Assembly (NCBI GenBank): GCA_963837955.1
Contig: CAWIPH010000001.1
Location: 448,001 to 512,000, forward strand
Source: an uncultured Verrucomicrobiae bacterium
GTDB taxonomy: Bacteria; Verrucomicrobiota; Verrucomicrobiia; Chthoniobacterales; JAFAMB01
Length of the DNA stretch: 64,000 bases
Direction: 5' to 3'
Shown: piece by piece, positions 28,272-37,806 of the stretch
Numbering within the stretch: position 1 is the first letter of the stretch
Layout: each line of letters begins with the position of its first letter
Translations under genes and position numbers: made by a program
The notes under the pieces: generated by a model
Database searches by the model: none
Told to the model about the DNA's origin: nothing
What the model saw: the letters and a program-made list of their open reading frames with translations, nothing else

Positions 28272-28886
28272 ATGAAGACGGAGCGACCCTATCACCACGG
28301 CAATCTCAAGCAGACCCTCCTCGATGCCGCTCTCGCGCTGATCAGTGAGGTCGGTCCCCAAGCCTTTACCTTGCGCGAAGTAGCTCGCCGGGCCGGAGTC
28401 TCTCATAACGCGCCCTATCGCCATTTCCGCGACAAAGACGAACTCCTCGCGGTCGTGGCCGTAGAAGGCTTCGAACGGTTGACCGCGGCTATGAAACGTT
28501 CGGCGGCTCGCGGCTCGAGCGCCGAAGAGCGGCTCAGGCTTTGCGCACGCGGCTATGTCAGTTTCGCGTTACGTTGGCCGCAGCATTTCCTGGTTATGTT
28601 CGATCTGCCATCCTCGCGAGACAAATACCCGGAATACACCGGAGCGGGAGATGAAGCGTTTGCAACATTGTTAACGCTCATTGTCGAGTGTCAAAAAACC
28701 GGAGTGTTGTCAGCGGGAGATCCTGAACCGTTAGCCTTCATGGCTTGGTCCATGGTACACGGGATATCGAAACTAGCGGCAAGTAATCATTTGCCATTTG
28801 CTTCCGCAGCCGTTCTCGATTTCGCGGACCACGCTTCGCATGTAATGATGCTCGGGATGACCGCAGCGACTAGGAGTCGGAGTTAG
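28272..28886 (+). CDS. TetR/AcrR-family regulator (WHG-type C-terminal domain)
   Basis: YHHGNLKQTLL, TLREVARRAGVSHNAPYRHF, WSMVHG. Confidence 0.95.
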   Translation: MKTERPYHHGNLKQTLLDAALALISEVGPQAFTLREVARRAGVSHNAPYRHFRDKDELLAVVAVEGFERLTAAMKRSAARGSSAEERLRLCARGYVSFALRWPQHFLVMFDLPSSRDKYPEYTGAGDEAFATLLTLIVECQKTGVLSAGDPEPLAFMAWSMVHGISKLAASNHLPFASAAVLDFADHASHVMMLGMTAATRSRS

Positions 28887-28947
28887 TAATCACTAGTCGG
28901 CGCTCCGCCGTGATCAGCGAATGGTGAAATGTAGGAGTCGGCGTGAT

Positions 28948-28989
28948 GGTAGGGCGAAACAGATCCAGCGACAGCAGGATCTGTGAGCC
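28948..28989. repeat. GTAG-type REP with nested hairpin (second copy at 37653-37694)
   Basis: GGTAGGGCGAAAC-AGATCC...GGATCT-GTGAGCC in both copies. Confidence 0.8.
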
Positions 28990-29076
28990 GTGGGCGGCGA
29001 ACAGTGAACCCGTAAGCCCAAGCCTCCGATCACTAATCACTTATCACCGATCACTTGCTCCCCAATCACCAGTCGA

Positions 29077-30411
29077 TCATGCCGGCGCTTTGACTGCGCG
29101 AGCTTGTGGCGGCGTTGCGGTGCTAAGCCGCGAGGCTAACCACAGTCCGAGGATTGCCCAGCCCAGGTAGATCCAGCCAACCGTCCCGAAGCCAATGAGT
29201 TTGTGATCGGCGCCGTCGTGAATGAACCACGCGGCCATCGTTGCCGCCAGAGCCGCACCGAACTGTGCTACGGACGAGTTAATGCTCATAAAGCCGCCGC
29301 GATGTTCTGGTTCCACGCTGCTGGTAATCATCGCCATCGCCGGAACAAATCGACCGGTCATCGAGATCATAAACAGGGTCGTAACAGCCACAGCAACCGG
29401 GGCCGGAACTACCGGCAAATGCGTCGTCAGAAGTGACACCACCATGGAGCAGATCATCATGATGCTAAAAATTCTCATTCGACCATATCGATCGGCTAAC
29501 CGACCGACGCCATTCATCGTGAATAGGGTAGCGCCTCCGCCGATCAAATAAACCCAACGAAGCTCTCCGCTATTCAACTGCACGTTGGAGACCAAGTAGT
29601 TGGCCAGATCGGGAATAATCATGAAGCCGCCCAAAGTAATCACGGTCATCAACGCTAAGGCGCGAAGATGATTGCGGTTAGCCAGGATCCTCCAAAATCG
29701 GCGGATTGGTGTCTCGGAACGACTGGCCTCCAGATGCGCGCCGACTTTCGGTAACCGGACAATAGCGAAAATCCAAACGATTCCACTCAGGCCAGCCAAG
29801 AAGAGAAAAGGAAAATGCCAACCGAGTTTGTCCGCGAAATAGAGGCCCAAAGGTACGCCGGCCACCTGGGCAACTGAAAACGCAGACATCACCGTGCCCA
29901 CGGCGGATGCGCGGCGCGCGTCCGGCACAAGATCACCGACCATTGCCAGGCTAATGCCACCGACAATGCCGCCGAAAAAACCTGCGAGCGCGCGGGCGAA
30001 CACAAGCGTTTCATACGTCGGAGCGAGTGCGCAGAGCAATGTACCGATGGCGAATCCAGCGTACATCATAAGCAGCGCGGTCTTCCGATCGAATCGATCC
30101 AGATAGAATGCCGCAGCCAGTCCAGAGAATCCCGCTGCACCGGCATAAGCCGATACCGCGAGATTAAAAGCGGGCGTATTGATAGCAAAGACCCGCATCA
30201 ACTGCGGCCCAAGCGGCATCATAATAACGAAATCGACTGCAACTGTGAACTGTACTGCCGCTAGCATCAGAAGCAGAAGCCACTCATCCAATGGTCGCCG
30301 TGGCGAATCGTCAAATGGTGGCGCGGGCCGCGCGGCCTGCTGTTGAGATTGCGAAGTGCGTGGCGACGTAATCAAGACGGCCACTCTCGTTGGGGTTAGG
30401 CTTGTCGTCAA
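29077..30411 (-). CDS. MFS transporter (start uncertain)
   Basis: DFVIMMPLGPQL, LDRFDRK, GRLADRYGR; about 12 hydrophobic segments. Confidence 0.92.
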   Translation of the reverse strand: MTTSLTPTRVAVLITSPRTSQSQQQAARPAPPFDDSPRRPLDEWLLLLMLAAVQFTVAVDFVIMMPLGPQLMRVFAINTPAFNLAVSAYAGAAGFSGLAAAFYLDRFDRKTALLMMYAGFAIGTLLCALAPTYETLVFARALAGFFGGIVGGISLAMVGDLVPDARRASAVGTVMSAFSVAQVAGVPLGLYFADKLGWHFPFLFLAGLSGIVWIFAIVRLPKVGAHLEASRSETPIRRFWRILANRNHLRALALMTVITLGGFMIIPDLANYLVSNVQLNSGELRWVYLIGGGATLFTMNGVGRLADRYGRMRIFSIMMICSMVVSLLTTHLPVVPAPVAVAVTTLFMISMTGRFVPAMAMITSSVEPEHRGGFMSINSSVAQFGAALAATMAAWFIHDGADHKLIGFGTVGWIYLGWAILGLWLASRLSTATPPQARAVKAPA

Positions 30412-30447
30412 AGGGCCCGTGGCTTACCATCGAAAGCCGAATGAGAA

Positions 30448-31017
30448 ATGCGGATGAAACGCGCTGAATTTCGCGACGTATTGTCGACCCTCGACCTTTC
30501 CGGCCGGCCGCAGGAAGTTTCTTATCGTGAGCAAATGATCGAGCTGCTGGATTCGTGCCCGAACTGCTTCCAGCGTGATGCTTTTCCAGCCCATTTTACC
30601 GGGAGCGCGTTCGTGGTCAGCGCAGACGGGGCCCGCGGTCTATTACATCATCATCGAAAACTCGATCGCTGGCTCCAATTTGGCGGCCATTGCGATGGTG
30701 AGGAAGATGTGCTTTCTGTGGCCCAGCGTGAAGCCTGCGAGGAGTCCGGGATCAATGGCCTGGTCGTTGCGTCCGTCCGTCCTTTCGATCTCGACATCCA
30801 CGAGATTCCGGCCTTTGGAAATGAGCCCGCGCATCTGCACTACGACGTTCGATACGTTCTCATTGCTCCGGAACATGCGGAGATTCAAACCAGTCCGGAG
30901 AGCAAGGAACTGCGCTGGTTTGAGCCCGGCGAGATGGGGAGTTGGCCTCTCGACCCGGGGCTGCGGCGCCTGATTGAAAAATGGCAAGCGCTTTTGGCCA
31001 GGCGCTCGCACAGTTAA
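30448..31017 (+). CDS. NUDIX hydrolase
   Basis: HFTGSAFVV, WLQFGGHCDGE...AQREACEESG Nudix box, HYDVRY. Confidence 0.92.
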   Translation: MRMKRAEFRDVLSTLDLSGRPQEVSYREQMIELLDSCPNCFQRDAFPAHFTGSAFVVSADGARGLLHHHRKLDRWLQFGGHCDGEEDVLSVAQREACEESGINGLVVASVRPFDLDIHEIPAFGNEPAHLHYDVRYVLIAPEHAEIQTSPESKELRWFEPGEMGSWPLDPGLRRLIEKWQALLARRSHS

Positions 31018-31132
31018 GCGAAGGCAGTGACGCTATCCTGTTTCCGGTTTGAGGTAGCGCACGCGATCATGTAAATCTGCAAGCATTCCCAATTCTTAAT
31101 AACAATGACAGGGCGGGTAGGGCGAAACCCGA

Positions 31133-31192
31133 CGCCATTTGCGGCAGAAGAAAGAGTTCGTCCCGGCCTTTGGCGATGAGCAACGGATCCAT
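31133..31192 (-). pseudogene. 20-codon 5' stub of a YjgR/DUF853 (HerA-like ATPase) gene, ending at a GTAG REP (31115-31132)
   Basis: MDPLLIAKGRDELFLLPQMA resembles the YjgR N-terminus; the expected NRHGL...GATGTGKT is absent. Confidence 0.65.
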
Positions 31193-31318
31193 AGGTACGG
31201 CAAATATCGTAGCTGGAATCAAGGAATCAGGAAACAGGAAAGGGGGAGTGGAAATCTGGAATCCGGAACTTGAAAAACAGAGGCTAGGAGCCAGCATTCA
31301 GGATTTTAGGAGAGGAGT

Positions 31319-31544
31319 CGTCCCGGAGGGACTCAATGAAAGTAGCCCAGTACGAAGTGCTGGGTGGTGTAAAAAAAACCACCCGTCCCGGACGGGACGA
31401 TCGAAGCCTCCTTACGCTGGTGAAGCCGCATACGAGACGACCAAGAGCCAAAACACTTCGATCGTCCCTCCGGGACGGACGTCTCTTTTTGCATCATTTC
31501 CCAGCACTTCGTACTGGGCTACTTTCATTGGATCCCTCCGGGAT
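31319..31544. repeat. Long palindromic CGTC-type element (second copy at 59840-60051)
   Basis: TCCCGGAGGGA...AAAGTAGCCCAGTACGAAGTGCTGGG pairs with CCCAGCACTTCGTACTGGGCTACTTT...TCCCTCCGGGA; inner GGGACGATCGAAG/CTTCGATCGTCCC. Confidence 0.9.
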
Positions 31545-31859
31545 CGATTGGTTCAACGTTTCTGCATCTCCCGGGAACACGTGCGATCCCAATCGCGAGC
31601 CCTTATGTTGACGCGCATGCTCAGATGCCGTGCATCATGCAAGAAGGTCGGGGCTAGATGCGCTAAAATCCAGGGCAGCGGGAATACGCCACCTAAAAAC
31701 TAGTCTAGAATTTAACAGGGCGATGCAGCCAGCAGGGGAACCGTGGACTGTTAGCTGCCCCGAGGACATGAGTCCGCCGGCACCGTCCTTGCGTACATTA
31801 AATACGCAGTTTAGTTCATCTCTACCTATTTTACCCTTATCTCCAAAAAACTTACTCCT

Positions 31860-32459
31860 ATGAAATTCTTCTGCTCCGCTGCGCTCCTCTGTTATTTGGC
31901 CTTTCCGCTCTGCCTCTCGGCGAAAGAAACAGCTGAGACCAACGGGAAATTATCGATCGGCGATCGGATCCCAGCGGTCGCGGCGACGGATCAAGATGGT
32001 AAGACCGTGAATCTGGCCGAAGCCGCGAAGACTGGGTACACGCTCGTCTACTTCTATCCGAAAGCGATGACCGCTGGTTGCACCGCGCAGGCTTGCAGCC
32101 TCCGCGACGCGTATCAGGACCTGCAGCAAAAAGGAGTCAAGATTTATGGGGTTAGTGCGGATGCCGTGGACAGTCAGAAACAATTCCAGTCGAAAGAACA
32201 ATTGCCGTTTGAGCTGCTATCGGACACCGATCATAAGGTTACCTCTGCCTTCGGCGTACCGCTCATACAGAGCACTTTTGCAACACGACAAGCATACCTC
32301 TTCAAAGATGGCCGGCTGGTTTGGCTGGACACCAAGGCGTCCACCGACAAGCAGGCGGCTGACGTTCTGGCCGTCCTTTCCAGCAAGACACGCGAGACAG
32401 TGGACGCGGGGAACAAGGCGAACACTGGAGCTCAAAAGACGAAAGCAGCAAGCCAATAG
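31860..32459 (+). CDS. bcp: Peroxiredoxin (BCP/PrxQ) with signal peptide
   Basis: LVYFYPKAMTAGCTAQACSLRD, GVSAD, LPFELLSD. Confidence 0.88.
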   Translation: MKFFCSAALLCYLAFPLCLSAKETAETNGKLSIGDRIPAVAATDQDGKTVNLAEAAKTGYTLVYFYPKAMTAGCTAQACSLRDAYQDLQQKGVKIYGVSADAVDSQKQFQSKEQLPFELLSDTDHKVTSAFGVPLIQSTFATRQAYLFKDGRLVWLDTKASTDKQAADVLAVLSSKTRETVDAGNKANTGAQKTKAASQ

Positions 32460-32667
32460 CAAAAGACTTGTGGTCGCTCTTGCTTGGACTCGATTTTTCG
32501 GATCCCGCTCGAATCGTGCGGGGGCGCCGCAAGCGGACGCCCCTCCGCCTGGCGAGTTCCTCGACGCATTCCTTCGTGGATTTTGCTTGTCACGCAAAAC
32601 TCGACTCGCCCTATTGCGGAATCGTGTTTATGGTCTCCGCCGTATGTGTTGTCGCTCGGGCAGGCTG

Positions 32668-33234
32668 TTGAGGCACCAAAAACATCAACTTATTCCGTTT
32701 TTTTTGCTGAGCCTGTTTCCGGCGATTTGGATGCAGGCCGAAGATTTAACGACCGCTACCGGTCATACGTTCCACAACGTCCAAGTTACTAGCCGAAGCA
32801 CCACGACCTTAGTCATTCAAAGTAACGAGGGCCAGGCGGTGGTGCCCGTTTCCGACCTCAAGTCGTCCGACAAGGAACGGTTCTCAAAAGACCTAACCAA
32901 AGCGATTGAGCTTCCGGCACTTACGGTTCTTGGTGAGCAGAAACCTGATTTCACTAAAGCGCCGCCGGAGTCGCGAATCGAGAATATCGCTGACAAAGAG
33001 TTCCGTCGACAGGCTCAGGAGAAGAAGGATAAGGCAGAAGATAAGGCGCTCCATCCGCAGTATAAGCCGTATGAAATTATTAGCGGCGTCGGTCTGGGCG
33101 TCGGGGCAGCCAATATCACGAGCGATAACGCAACGAAACCGTCTTATCTAACGCCGGAATATCAGGGCTTGGCGCCTTCGATCGTGGAGAAACAGTTGAA
33201 GGTTTTTGCGGATGCGATCGAAAAAGGGCAGTGA
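32668..33234 (+). CDS. Hypothetical secreted protein (start uncertain, 32644 or 32668)
   Basis: Signal-like segment, then AEDLTTATGHTFHNVQV...; the 5' part of the long ORF overlaps bcp and is probably not coding. Confidence 0.6.
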   Translation: MRHQKHQLIPFFLLSLFPAIWMQAEDLTTATGHTFHNVQVTSRSTTTLVIQSNEGQAVVPVSDLKSSDKERFSKDLTKAIELPALTVLGEQKPDFTKAPPESRIENIADKEFRRQAQEKKDKAEDKALHPQYKPYEIISGVGLGVGAANITSDNATKPSYLTPEYQGLAPSIVEKQLKVFADAIEKGQ

Positions 33235-33332
33235 TCGCTGCGCGGTGATGACAAACAGGAGATAACGAATTTTGGCTGTTGGCTATTTCTTTGCGAGGAT
33301 CGCGCTTTACTCAGATTTGATGCTTTAGCTAT

Positions 33333-33956
33333 GTGCGTGACGTGTCCGATTTTTCGTCAGAACTGACTAGTCTACATCCCTTCTTCACGCTGCTAGGTGG
33401 AGCGGCCGCCACCTTCGTCGGCCTCCTCTTCATCGCGGTAACTTGGAACCCGTACCTCCTGGCCTCCCAAGCCGACCCCCGACTTCTTCGTGTCGTGGTG
33501 AACGCTTTTCGGGATCTACTGTTTATACTCATTTTGTCACTTTTGCTCCTTTTGCCGCTTAACAGTGCCAAGGAAGTGGGCCAAGGGTTAATTTATCCTT
33601 CTGCGGTATTTCTAATGCTTTTGCTGGTCGGCGTTTTCCGCAATCCCGGTGGCGAGTCGCAAATTAGCCAGTCGCGCCGGATCCGGTTTCACGCGGTGAG
33701 CGGGCTGGTCTATGTCGCGAGCTTCATTGCGGCAATCCTTTTGCTGTTCCAGGGAGAAAGGCGTCCCGGTTCCATCGATTTCTCTATCAGCCTCCTCATC
33801 AATGCTTCGTTTCTGGGTCTGTTCTCTGCGATTCAGGTCGCCTGGTACGTTTTAATCACGGCTCGCAAAAATGAATTGTCCGCGTCGTCTGAGCTGAGTT
33901 CCGCGAACACGGAGAATAGTGAACCAGGAACGACAAACCGTGGAGTCTTACAGTGA
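33333..33956 (+). CDS. Hypothetical membrane protein
   Basis: FFTLLGGAAATFVGLLFIAV; five hydrophobic segments; GTGA overlap with the next gene. Confidence 0.7.
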   Translation: MRDVSDFSSELTSLHPFFTLLGGAAATFVGLLFIAVTWNPYLLASQADPRLLRVVVNAFRDLLFILILSLLLLLPLNSAKEVGQGLIYPSAVFLMLLLVGVFRNPGGESQISQSRRIRFHAVSGLVYVASFIAAILLLFQGERRPGSIDFSISLLINASFLGLFSAIQVAWYVLITARKNELSASSELSSANTENSEPGTTNRGVLQ

Positions 33957-34756
33957 AGCCTAGCGTCGAACGATTTATGGGGTTTGCGGAGGTCTACGAT
34001 AAAGTGCGGCCTTCGCCACCCGAAGCAATTGCCGACTTCCTGTTGCACCTCGCAAAAATGGAAATAGCCGAGCGCGTCGTCGATCTCGGATCCGGCAGTG
34101 GCTTATCCATGGTGATGTGGGTAGGGAGAACTCGCTCGATCGTTGGAGTGGAGCCGTCTCACGACATGCGGCGAGAAGCGGAAAGACGCTGTTCTACCGT
34201 TTTCCCATCGGACTCAGTTGAGTGGATTAGTGCGGAGGCAGATGCTACGCAGATCCCCGCGCAGACCGTCGATGTTGCCACCGCGTCGCAGTCGTTCCAT
34301 TGGATGAATCCCGAGACGACGCTTCCGGAAGTAGCGCGTATCCTCCGCCCGGGAGGAATTTTCGCAGCAATCGACTGCGATTGGCCGCCATCAATTTTGC
34401 CAGAGCTGGAGGTGGCATACAATAAGTGTGTAGCAAAGGCCGATGACCCGAAATATGCGGGTGTGCGATTGGCTCGAGTCAAAGCGTGGCCGAAACACGA
34501 ACATCTCGAAAGCATCCGGCGTAGCGGCTGTTTCCGAATGGCGAAAGAATCCACCTTTCACAAAATAGAAATTGGCACCGCGGAGCGGCTAGTTGGTCTG
34601 GCGAAAAGCCAGGGAGGTGTGGCGGCGTTACTGAAAGCAGGTGTAAGCGAGGAAGAGGTCGGTCTCATTGAGCTGCAGGAAATAGCGCAACGCGAGTTAG
34701 GCGATGGCCCGCTTACATGGTTTTGGAGTTATCGCGTGCGGATTGGAGTGAAGTGA
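33953..34756 (+). CDS. Class I SAM-dependent methyltransferase
   Basis: YDKVRPSPP, VVDLGSGSG, QSFHWM, RILRPGG. Confidence 0.92.
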   Translation: MKPSVERFMGFAEVYDKVRPSPPEAIADFLLHLAKMEIAERVVDLGSGSGLSMVMWVGRTRSIVGVEPSHDMRREAERRCSTVFPSDSVEWISAEADATQIPAQTVDVATASQSFHWMNPETTLPEVARILRPGGIFAAIDCDWPPSILPELEVAYNKCVAKADDPKYAGVRLARVKAWPKHEHLESIRRSGCFRMAKESTFHKIEIGTAERLVGLAKSQGGVAALLKAGVSEEEVGLIELQEIAQRELGDGPLTWFWSYRVRIGVK

Positions 34757-34848
34757 ATGCGAGGGCGGAATTTAGAATTTGGAATGTGGAATACAGAATT
34801 GGGGAGCCGGTAGGGATTAGTAAAGCGTGAGCCGCTAACTGCTAACCT

Positions 34849-35175
34849 TCAACCTTTTCGCCGTCGTGAACGGTGGCGCTCTTCCAAATGCAAATTGAAT
34901 TCGACCTGTCTGGCCTGCAGTCGATCTCGGAGTTCTTGGCGCTTTCCGGGATCGGTACAAAAGTCGATCGACTGTTTTAAGGAATCGATCTCCTGAAGAA
35001 GGTTGACCTCGGGAGGCACGCATCCGGCGCTCCTGAGAAGCGCGTACCCCATCCGTTTTTCTTCCGGCCAGCGAAAGTACTCTTCGAGGTCCAATGGTTT
35101 GCCTTTTCCAGGAAGATGCTCTTCCCAAGTCTGGGCTACCCATTCATCAAGCATCTTTTCAATCGCTGAAGACAT
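34849..35175 (-). CDS. DUF1992-domain protein
   Basis: LPGKGKPLDL, RMGYALLRSAGCVPPEV. Confidence 0.85.
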   Translation of the reverse strand: MSSAIEKMLDEWVAQTWEEHLPGKGKPLDLEEYFRWPEEKRMGYALLRSAGCVPPEVNLLQEIDSLKQSIDFCTDPGKRQELRDRLQARQVEFNLHLEERHRSRRRKG

Positions 35176-35351
35176 GGGGTCTTATTTCCAACTACGATAA
35201 TGGTTTGAATGATAGATCCAAGATGACAAATCCTTCTTTGTCATCACCATTCGGCCGAAGGCATGAGCGGATCCTCTTTTCCAAGCGAGCCATCCGCAAC
35301 TCTATCCTGGAATGGGAAGTTGCCCGATGACATACTCGATAAGGTTTAGCA

Positions 35352-35795
35352 ATGGACTGGCTCAAATTTTCTGTCCTGGTCTTGACCGGATTATTCGCGG
35401 TTTACGAATACGCGATTGTCAGGAGGCTTCTGGTTTTGGAAAAAACCAATCCTGATATGGTGGACGGAAAGGGTCGCCATCCTCTGAGCACCCTGATTTA
35501 TGTCCTGCTACTTGGGACGGATGTATTCGCCACTGTGATCTATGCTCTCCGTTTTGAGAGTGGTGGGGTCGCCAATGCTACTGCCTGGGCCGCAGTTTTT
35601 TGCTTAGGGGTTTGCTTGGCTATCGCCATCTGGTGGATCCTTCCACTCCGCGACAGTCCGCCCACTGAAGATTTCCAGAATATTCCAGTGCCTGTTTCGC
35701 TTGAACAAACATTCCGAGCTGTTCAGATCACTTCGGCAGCCTTCTTCCTTCTCGGCTTCCTTTGCCTATGCGTCAGTGTCTCCGTATACACTTGA
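35352..35795 (+). CDS. Hypothetical membrane protein
   Basis: 147-aa ORF with four hydrophobic segments. Confidence 0.6.
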   Translation: MDWLKFSVLVLTGLFAVYEYAIVRRLLVLEKTNPDMVDGKGRHPLSTLIYVLLLGTDVFATVIYALRFESGGVANATAWAAVFCLGVCLAIAIWWILPLRDSPPTEDFQNIPVPVSLEQTFRAVQITSAAFFLLGFLCLCVSVSVYT

Positions 35796-35926
35796 TTAAC
35801 AGAGGAGTTCGAGAGTTACAGAACCGGTCCAGGAAACATAACAATTCCATTCTCACGTGCGTGATCACAACGCCCTTCTCCTACCCTATAACTCCTGAAC
35901 TCCCGAACTCCTGAGTTACTGCCTCA

Positions 35927-36085
35927 TCAAAGCCCGAGATGCAGTAAACCGTTCAACCCGATAATGATCAGGTAGACGGCGACGATGTAGGCCAACAAAC
36001 GGGGCATGATCAAAATTAAAATACCTGCCACCAGGGCAATAATAGGACCAATTTGAATCGAAATAAGTGCCGCTAGAATATCCAT
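35927..36085 (-). CDS. DUF3096-family small membrane protein
   Basis: PIIALVAGILILIMPRLLAYIVAVYLIIIG. Confidence 0.85.
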   Translation of the reverse strand: MDILAALISIQIGPIIALVAGILILIMPRLLAYIVAVYLIIIGLNGLLHLGL

Positions 36086-36294
36086 TGTTTTTTTTCTCCG
36101 AAATTTCGGGGGCGTCTTAGCAGAAGTATTCGGCTTAGACAAGCACGAGTGGAAGCGCCGGCAACGCCGAGAGCGCCGAAAGCGCAGATATATTGCATCC
36201 CCTCCTCACTTCCAGAGCTTGCGTTTTTGAGTCCGTACCGCTACCAGGAGAGGGCATCTGGCGTTTCAACATCGATGACCCAAACGAGCGCAGC

Positions 36295-36382
36295 ATGAAT
36301 ACCTCGGCTCGGTATAAATACCTCGACAGGCTCGGTATGAATATCTCGGCAAGCTCGACATGAACACCTCGATAAGCTCGGT
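36295..36382 (+). repeat. Tandem 23-bp repeats (one 19-bp unit and three 23-bp units) abutting the MFS start codon
   Basis: Units start at 36295, 36314, 36337, 36360; consensus ATGAAYACCTCGACAAGCTCGGT. Confidence 0.9.
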
Positions 36383-37657
36383 ATGAAAAACGATCTGACC
36401 GGCCACGCCCTTACGCCACTGAAGCTAGGGGTTTATAGTTTGGGGGCGTTGGCCATGAATCTGGCCAACCTCGTACTCACCGAATGGTTCTACGAGCGCT
36501 ATGTGGTTGGCGGCGTGATAAGCACAATCGTCTTCTCGATCATTATTTTGGCGGGGCGTATCACTGATGGCGTTTCAGATCCGTTTCTAGCCTATTGGAC
36601 TGATAGTACGCGAAGCCGCTGGGGTCGACGGATACCGTTTCTTCTTTTTGGCACGTTGCCCTTCGCGATCGTCTCGTTTCTCCTCTGGGTGCCCCCTCAA
36701 GACGCTAGCGAAGGGATCCGGATCGCTTACGCAGCCATTCTGGCTCAGGCTTATTTCTTACTTTACGGATTGGTGGTTACCCCTTATCTGGCGCTGCTTC
36801 CCGAGATCGCCGGCTCGACCAACGATCGTTTGAATCTCACCACCGGACAAGGTGTAGCAGCCCTGGTAGGTACGCTCTGTTTCGCGTTTGCTGGTTTGAT
36901 TGTGCAGCATGCAGGCTTTGTCGGTCTTGGTGTGATGGTAGGTGTGGCGATTTTGATTTCCTATTATCCGATTCCCTTTGTGATATCGGAGCGAGAACAC
37001 AGCGCTGGTGGGAAAGCGTCACTCAAGGTGCTATTCCAGTGGATCAGAGATGTGGTAGGAAACCCAACTTTCTTGCCGCTTCTTATTTCCACGTCGCTCT
37101 ACTGGTTCGCATTAAACCTGTTATTGATGTTGGTCCCGCGTTGGGTGCAGGTACAGCTGGGAATGGAGAAGGACGCCGTGACTTGGCTCATGTTGCCCTT
37201 TATCGCCGTGAATCTGGTAGCGTTCTTTCTATTTAATTGGTTAGCAAAACGGATCGGAAAGTATCGCAGCTTCCTTTGCGTATTTGCTTTGACCGTCCTG
37301 GTATTCGCATTAGTCGGCCTTTCCGATCGAATTCAGGTTGGGCTTCCTCCATTCGTCGTCGCCCAGTGTATTGTTGGATTGGCCGGCGTCCCGGTCGGAG
37401 GTTTTGGGGTCCTGGCGTTTGCTTTGCTGGCCGACGTGATCGATGAGGACAGCAATCGGCGCCGGCTCCATAGGGAGGCGATCTTTTTCGGAGTCCAAGC
37501 CATCTTTCAAAAGTCGACGATTGGTCTTTCGGCTGTAGCATTCGGCTGGCTGCAAACGCTTGGATCCAGCCAAAGTTTCCATGGGTGTGCCTATCTGGCT
37601 GCTGCGGTCTGCCTGGCCGGTCTGTTCGCTTTCGCCAGGTTTCCGATGAAAGGGTAG
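36383..37657 (+). CDS. MFS transporter, GPH/MFS_2 family
   Basis: GRITDGVSDPFLAYWTDSTRSRWGRRIPF, PYLALLPEI, LADVIDED...REAIFFG. Confidence 0.92.
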   Translation: MKNDLTGHALTPLKLGVYSLGALAMNLANLVLTEWFYERYVVGGVISTIVFSIIILAGRITDGVSDPFLAYWTDSTRSRWGRRIPFLLFGTLPFAIVSFLLWVPPQDASEGIRIAYAAILAQAYFLLYGLVVTPYLALLPEIAGSTNDRLNLTTGQGVAALVGTLCFAFAGLIVQHAGFVGLGVMVGVAILISYYPIPFVISEREHSAGGKASLKVLFQWIRDVVGNPTFLPLLISTSLYWFALNLLLMLVPRWVQVQLGMEKDAVTWLMLPFIAVNLVAFFLFNWLAKRIGKYRSFLCVFALTVLVFALVGLSDRIQVGLPPFVVAQCIVGLAGVPVGGFGVLAFALLADVIDEDSNRRRLHREAIFFGVQAIFQKSTIGLSAVAFGWLQTLGSSQSFHGCAYLAAAVCLAGLFAFARFPMKG

Positions 37658-37806
37658 GGTGAAACAGATCCGGCGAAGGCAGGATCTGTGAGCCTGGAGC
37701 AGCGGAGTAATGGAACGGTACCGGCTCCGCGCCGGTGCTCCGGAAATATTGGGGTAGCGGGATCCCGCAGCCGCGCGGGACCGCTACCAATACGCCAAAC
37801 GCGTCG

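Noticed and set aside
31602..31619. dif/Xer site, because TTATGTTGAC resembles the XerD arm TTATGTTAAAT
   Set aside because: No XerC-type arm 6 nt away in any copy; conservation extends on the wrong side
35327..35351. Possible third start-associated repeat unit (ATGACATACTCGATAAGG...)
   Set aside because: Single 25-nt degenerate match that could be chance
36295..36382. Possible CRISPR array (also considered at 13081-13176 and 56832-57227)
   Set aside because: Units are contiguous or degenerate with no regular unique spacers, and no cas genes are present
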